From positions 1,984,001 through 2,048,000 of the forward strand of contig JBJBDL010000003.1 of assembly GCA_047285305.1 (NCBI GenBank): DNA of 64,000 bases, in the 5' to 3' direction. The notes beneath the pieces were generated by a model. It searched no databases. It had not been told where the DNA came from and saw only the letters and a program-made list of their open reading frames with translations. This DNA comes from Synechococcus sp. (GTDB lineage Bacteria > Cyanobacteriota > Cyanobacteriia > PCC-6307 > Cyanobiaceae). This document shows, in pieces, positions 59,494 through 64,000 of this stretch. Both the position numbers and the translations under genes were made by a program. The first letter of the stretch is position 1. Each line of letters opens with the position of its first letter.

Positions 59494-60303
59494 ATGAGCC
59501 AAAAATCAAGGCTCGCCAGGCAAGTGACGCTTGACGAAGCGTGGTCGTCTTCAGAACACAGTGAAATTTGCTGTCTGATTTACGCCACCCAAAACGGCTG
59601 GAAGCTCCCAATCCTTTTTGAAGAAATGGGTGTGCCTTATGACTGGGCACTGGTGGACTTTGAGAAGAGTGAACAGCGCAGTGAAGGTTTTCTTTCCATC
59701 AACCCAAACGGTCGGATTCCGGCACTGATTGATCGTGCACACGGAGTAACAGTCGCCGAGTCGGCAGCCATCCTGGAGTACAGCGCGGCTCGCTTCGCCA
59801 GCCCTTTGCTGCCCCCTGCCGATGAGGACCTGCAGCTACACCTGCAAACGAAGCAATGGCTCCATTGGCAGGTCAGCGCCCTCGGGCCTTCGATGGGGCA
59901 AGCCATGTACTTTCAGCGAATCGCCAAGGTTCACGGCCAAAACGATCCCTTCGCCATTGGTCGCTTCATTGCCGAAGCGGAACGCTGTTTGCACATGCTC
60001 GACGACCAGCTCGCGTTATCGAGCGGCCCTTTTGTGCTCGGTCAGCGTTGCACACTCGTGGATGTCGCCTGTTTCCCTTACTGCGCTAGTGCTTATTGGG
60101 CAAATGTCGATATCTCGGCGATGAGCCATCTGCTCGCTTGGATCGAGATGCTCCACCAGCGTCCGTCTTTTAGTACCGGTCTCACCGTGCCTTTCTCTCG
60201 GCCTGCTTTCTTTGGACCTCCGTATGCAACACCGGAGGAAATCGAGGAGGAGATTGCGCGTAACGCCGGTCAGTTCGCTGTGGTTTCTAAGTCTCCCAGT
60301 TGA
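59494..60303 (+). CDS. Glutathione S-transferase (YfcG-like)
   Basis: TQNGWK, INPNGRIPAL, ESAAILEY, WQVSALGP. Confidence 0.9.
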   Translation: MSQKSRLARQVTLDEAWSSSEHSEICCLIYATQNGWKLPILFEEMGVPYDWALVDFEKSEQRSEGFLSINPNGRIPALIDRAHGVTVAESAAILEYSAARFASPLLPPADEDLQLHLQTKQWLHWQVSALGPSMGQAMYFQRIAKVHGQNDPFAIGRFIAEAERCLHMLDDQLALSSGPFVLGQRCTLVDVACFPYCASAYWANVDISAMSHLLAWIEMLHQRPSFSTGLTVPFSRPAFFGPPYATPEEIEEEIARNAGQFAVVSKSPS

Positions 60304-60705
60304 GCTGCCAGGCGTCTCGGCTTAATGAATCCTGGCCGGTTGACGTAACTCCTATTGCGCAAGAAAAAGCCGGGTGCAGTTTCCCCACGCATCCCGGCTT
60401 AACGCATTTGATTCACCGTTATGAAGCTGGACTTAGCCCATCCCGTAGAAACTCAGTCATGGCTCAACTGTTCAGCTCGATACATGAGCTGACTGGCTCA
60501 TTGACTCATCGCCTTCTTTGACCTCCCAAATTCAGCACCGTATTGATGGCCGCCAACGTGACGAGACAGGTGAGGCAAAAATCCTTGTAATCCATGGAGC
60601 ATTGAGCAAGCCCGGCAGATTGCCAGGTCAGCGTCGGTTGCCATAAGGACAGTTGTGCTGGTCCTTTCTTAGCTCCGATAGTGCTGGTTTGAGTGACCAG
60701 GGAAA

Positions 60706-60829
60706 CCCTTCTGGTCAGCGCCCAACGCCATCATTCGATTCAGCGCCTTAGGTGGCCGCGGTGAGAGCTATATGCGGTCCCGGTCATGTGATCGAGCTGG
60801 CGAATGGCGCTGACCACGGCGCCAGGGTT
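60706..60829 (-). pseudogene. Inverted 3' fragment of the 47479-47832 gene plus its trailer
   Basis: Reverse complement aligns without gaps to 47743-47866 (108/124 by hand count); encodes NPGAVVSAIRQLDHMTGTAYSSHRGHLRR*. Confidence 0.9.
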
Positions 60830-61036
60830 GTGGAGCCGTGGATCCTGCCGCTGCGGGTGGCGGTGTTCGCGATCCTGAGCGGTTAGGCCAGGCTGTTGTC
60901 ACGATCACTGATCACCCTTGTCGTCGTAGGTCGTCAGAGGAAGCACGGGAGTGCTCTTGTCTAGCCATCACCGCCTGACGCAGAGATGGCTCTTCTCTAT
61001 TGGTGGTTGATTGGAGCTCAATTCTGAAAGCACAAC

Positions 61037-61064
61037 AAAAAGCCCCCTCCGAGGAGGGGGCTTT
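61037..61064 (-). terminator. psbA intrinsic terminator
   Basis: AAAGCCCCCTCC-GA-GGAGGGGGCTTT. Confidence 0.88.
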
Positions 61065-61122
61065 CCGATTCAGTTGATCTGAATCGTTTTTGCTGTTCCG
61101 AATGGAACAGGTTGATTCCAGA

Positions 61123-62202
61123 TCAACCGATGGCAGGAGCCTGCAGAGCCACAGGAGTGGACTCAGCAGCAGCCAGGTCGAGGGGGAAGTTGTGAGCGTT
61201 GCGCTCGTGCATCACTTCCATGCCGAGGCCGGCACGGTTCAGCACATCAGCCCAGGTGTTCAGGACGCGGCCCTGACCATCAAGGATGGACTGGTTGAAG
61301 TTGAAGCCGTTCAGGTTGAAGGCCATGGTTGACACGCCGAGGGCGGTGAACCAGATGCCGACAACAGGCCAGGCAGCCAGGAAGAAGTGAAGGCTACGGC
61401 TGTTGTTGAAGGAGGCGTATTGGAAGATCAGGCGACCGAAGTAACCGTGGGCAGCCACGATGTTGTAGGTCTCTTCCTCTTGGCCGAACTTGTAGCCGTA
61501 GTTCTGGGACTCGCTCTCGGTGGTTTCACGCACCAAGGAGGAGGTCACCAGGGAGCCGTGCATGGCGGAGAACAAGCTGCCGCCGAAAACACCTGCGACG
61601 CCCAGCATGTGGAAGGGGTGCATCAGGATGTTGTGCTCGGCCTGGAACACCAACATGTAGTTGAAGGTGCCAGAGATGCCCAGGGGCATTGCGTCAGAGA
61701 AGGAACCCTGACCGAAGGGGTAAACCAGGAAAACAGCGGAGGCTGCAGCGACAGGTGCGCTGTAGGCAACGCAGATCCAGGGGCGCATGCCCAGGCGGTA
61801 GGAAAGTTCCCACTCACGACCCATGTAGGCGTAGATGCCGATGAGGAAGTGGAAAACAACCAGCTGGAAAGGGCCGCCGTTGTACAGCCACTCATCGAGG
61901 GAAGCAGCTTCCCAGATGGGATAGAAGTGCAGGCCGATGGCGTTGCTGGAAGGAACAACAGCACCAGAGATGATGTTGTTGCCGTAGATCAGGGAGCCAG
62001 CGACGGGCTCACGAATGCCATCGATGTCGACCGGAGGAGCGGCGACGAAAGCGATGACGAAGCAGATGGTGGCAGCCAGCAGTGTGGGGATCATCAGCAC
62101 ACCGAACCAACCGACATACAGACGGTTGTTGGTGGAGGTGACCCACTCACAGAAGGCCTGCCAGCTGGAAGCGCCGGAGCGCTGCTGGAGGGTGGTGGTC
62201 AT
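61123..62202 (-). CDS. psbA: Photosystem II D1 protein, D1:2 (Glu130) isoform
   Basis: [31 protein letters not shown]. Confidence 0.99.
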   Translation of the reverse strand: MTTTLQQRSGASSWQAFCEWVTSTNNRLYVGWFGVLMIPTLLAATICFVIAFVAAPPVDIDGIREPVAGSLIYGNNIISGAVVPSSNAIGLHFYPIWEAASLDEWLYNGGPFQLVVFHFLIGIYAYMGREWELSYRLGMRPWICVAYSAPVAAASAVFLVYPFGQGSFSDAMPLGISGTFNYMLVFQAEHNILMHPFHMLGVAGVFGGSLFSAMHGSLVTSSLVRETTESESQNYGYKFGQEEETYNIVAAHGYFGRLIFQYASFNNSRSLHFFLAAWPVVGIWFTALGVSTMAFNLNGFNFNQSILDGQGRVLNTWADVLNRAGLGMEVMHERNAHNFPLDLAAAESTPVALQAPAIG

Positions 62203-62275
62203 GAGAACGGAAAGAAATGTTCCCGAAGGAACGGTTTAAGGAAGGGCAGGAGAGCCCTGCCTGATCGTGATTGTA
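62203..62275 (-). promoter_or_regulatory. psbA promoter -10 (TACAAT) and structured 5' UTR (possibly a PhotoRC-type motif)
   Basis: TACAAT at 62275-62270; hairpins GGCAGG-GCTCT-CCTGCC and GTTCC-TTCG-GGAAC. Confidence 0.55.
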
Positions 62276-62367
62276 AAGGAAGTTTGCGCTGTGTGTCCAC
62301 AGATTGCGAAACCAACGCTTAAGCGCCCCAGACGAGGAAAGCGATGTTTTCGAAAGACTTAAGATTC

Positions 62368-62535
62368 ATGAGACTCACCAAGGCGCTTTTGGTTCTGATC
62401 CGCTGGATGCAAGCCGGCCACCGCTTGGAGGAAACCGTTCCTCTGACCCAGGCCCGCCACAGGCGACTGGAGCTGGAGGCTCAAGGGGCCACCGTGTATT
62501 GGAGTGAACGTCTGGCCCAGGGCCAGTTCTGCTGA
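62368..62535 (+). CDS. Small hypothetical protein
   Basis: VLIRW...ARHRRLELEAQGATVYWSERL. Confidence 0.75.
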   Translation: MRLTKALLVLIRWMQAGHRLEETVPLTQARHRRLELEAQGATVYWSERLAQGQFC

Positions 62536-62562
62536 GAGGCTGGGGCCAATCAGGACAGGCCC

Positions 62563-62889
62563 ATGCAGCGTTTGATTCCTCTGATCTGTCTTGGGCTGAC
62601 CTCGATTGGTCTCACCAGCTGTGGATTGGTGAGCTCAAGAGGCGACCAACCAAACGCAAGCGCTTCGATCAAACAGCTGGAACAACGCATCAACCAGCTG
62701 GAACAGGAGCTGCAACAAATCAAGTTGCCCGGCGGCGATGCCGACAGCAAAACCCCGGCCGGTCCGCTGCGATCCCTCACCCTGCGGATCGGCACCGAGG
62801 ACGACCGATTGCGGATGTATTGGGCCGATGGTCAGACGAGCAATCTGATCTGCTCTCAAGAAGGGAAAGGTGTTTGGGCCTGCGGTTAA
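62563..62889 (+). CDS. Hypothetical lipoprotein
   Basis: LTSC lipobox, coiled coil, [15 protein letters not shown]. Confidence 0.8.
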   Translation: MQRLIPLICLGLTSIGLTSCGLVSSRGDQPNASASIKQLEQRINQLEQELQQIKLPGGDADSKTPAGPLRSLTLRIGTEDDRLRMYWADGQTSNLICSQEGKGVWACG

Positions 62890-63800
62890 GCCGCAGAGAG
62901 CAGCTGCTGCAAGGCCGGCAGCCAGGTGGGCTGCAAGGGCCACACCTCCCGGCGCGTGAGGGAAAAAGCAATGCTTTTCTCCGCGTAGGCCGCTTCATTC
63001 ACAAACACCGGGATCTCCCCCTCAACCCACGCTTCACCTCGATCGGTGCCATCCGCAGCACGGAACATCGCCTGGGTTGAGCTGATGTCCTGCCAATCGC
63101 GGCCCTGCAGTTCGGGATGCACAAGGGCCTGAGGCTCTCCGTTCTCCCCCTTCGGAAGATCCCGACTCCCCAGATGACGGTGCACCACCAGAGCATCCGG
63201 CAGCCGGGCCAAGCCCTGATCTGCCTGATCCAAGGCCCTCAGGCAGGCTTCCAAGCCAAGACGGGTCTGTTCAACGACCCGGGCATTGAGCAGACCTTGC
63301 GGCACAGGGCCCACCTCGATCACCAGGCCGCAGGGCCAGGATTCAACAAGGAAACCGGTCTGCTGAGCATCGGCTTCGTGCAGATAAATCGGCAGACCGA
63401 GCGCTCCCTGCACCAAAGCCGCGAGGGCGAGATCAGCGGGACGCCGGCCGTACACCACCAGGGAATTGCCCATGGCCGCTGTGGTGCTGTGCAGATCGAT
63501 GGCCACAGCACAAGGCTGCTCGCCGCTCGGGCCGTGCAAGCGCAGGAGTTCCCCAGCACGCTGGAACTCCAAGCCGGGGGCCCCCTGCTCCAACTGTTCC
63601 GGGAGGAAGCAGCGGTTGAGGTCACGATCAACGTAACGGCAGCGGCGGCGCAACGCTTCCGGGTTACCGATCACCTTCTGCACCACCAAGCCAGCAGCGT
63701 TGATCAGATCAGGGTTGGACTGCCACTGCTGCAACAACCAAGGGGCATTGACCTCATTGCCGTGGGTGCCGGCCACCACAAGAACGCCACAGCTGCTCAT
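62886..63800 (-). CDS. Aspartoacylase
   Basis: GTHGNE, DRDLNR, DLHST, IEVGP, FVNEAAY. Confidence 0.92.
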   Translation of the reverse strand: MSSCGVLVVAGTHGNEVNAPWLLQQWQSNPDLINAAGLVVQKVIGNPEALRRRCRYVDRDLNRCFLPEQLEQGAPGLEFQRAGELLRLHGPSGEQPCAVAIDLHSTTAAMGNSLVVYGRRPADLALAALVQGALGLPIYLHEADAQQTGFLVESWPCGLVIEVGPVPQGLLNARVVEQTRLGLEACLRALDQADQGLARLPDALVVHRHLGSRDLPKGENGEPQALVHPELQGRDWQDISSTQAMFRAADGTDRGEAWVEGEIPVFVNEAAYAEKSIAFSLTRREVWPLQPTWLPALQQLLSAA

Positions 63801-63870
63801 TGACCACAGCGAACCAAGTTCTGACTGAAGCACGAGTCACAGCGAGGATGAAAGCGATCCAAACCACACC

Positions 63871-64000
63871 ATGTCGATCCCACCTGTTGTGGTCACGGCC
63901 GCCCGTCGCAGTTGGCGATGGCAATGGCAACGGCTGATGGGTGGGTTGGGCCCAGCCGATGCGGCCGGCAATTACACCCGCCCAAGCAGCGATCCGCTCA
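63871..64000 (+). CDS. Probable glutathione S-transferase-family protein (5' part only)
   Basis: MSIPPVVVTAARRSWRWQWQRLMGGLGPADAAGNYTRP, divergent from aspartoacylase; runs off the window. Confidence 0.6.
   Translation, partial: MSIPPVVVTAARRSWRWQWQRLMGGLGPADAAGNYTRPSSDPL

Noticed and set aside
60300..60660. Short ORFs and hairpins downstream of the GST gene
   Set aside because: A terminator-like hairpin at about 60364-60400 is visible, but no convincing ORF or RNA could be assigned to it.

Overview
64 kb of a marine picocyanobacterial chromosome, almost certainly Synechococcus subcluster 5.1 judging by gene content, order and protein sequences. Positions 1-47.2 kb are core genome: ispD, fabG, groEL2, nanE, the ctaB/A/C/D/E cytochrome c oxidase cluster, topA, ndhB, vipp1/pspA, rpmH-rnpA-yidC, serS, rpsN, pnp. 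That part also holds a 114-bp coding tandem repeat and an exact 115-bp tandem duplication at a convergent gene overlap. From tRNA-Arg(TCT) at 47270 to psbA at about 61.1 kb is a variable region rich in small genes. It contains: (1) a ~6.1 kb island bounded by a 23-bp direct repeat of the tRNA 3' end, with no integrase; (2) two diverged copies of a ~370-400 nt element with conserved pairing, a 14-codon sORF and its own terminator, a candidate undescribed structured RNA; (3) two NtcA box + glutamine-II riboswitch + DUF4278-like peptide modules; (4) a LexA box in front of a Cys/His-rich small protein; (5) remnants of mobile-element genes, including an inverted copy of the island's first gene near the far end; (6) a cluster of DnaA-box-like sequences beside a candidate sRNA. 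All family calls come from recognising sequence by eye; no database search was run.
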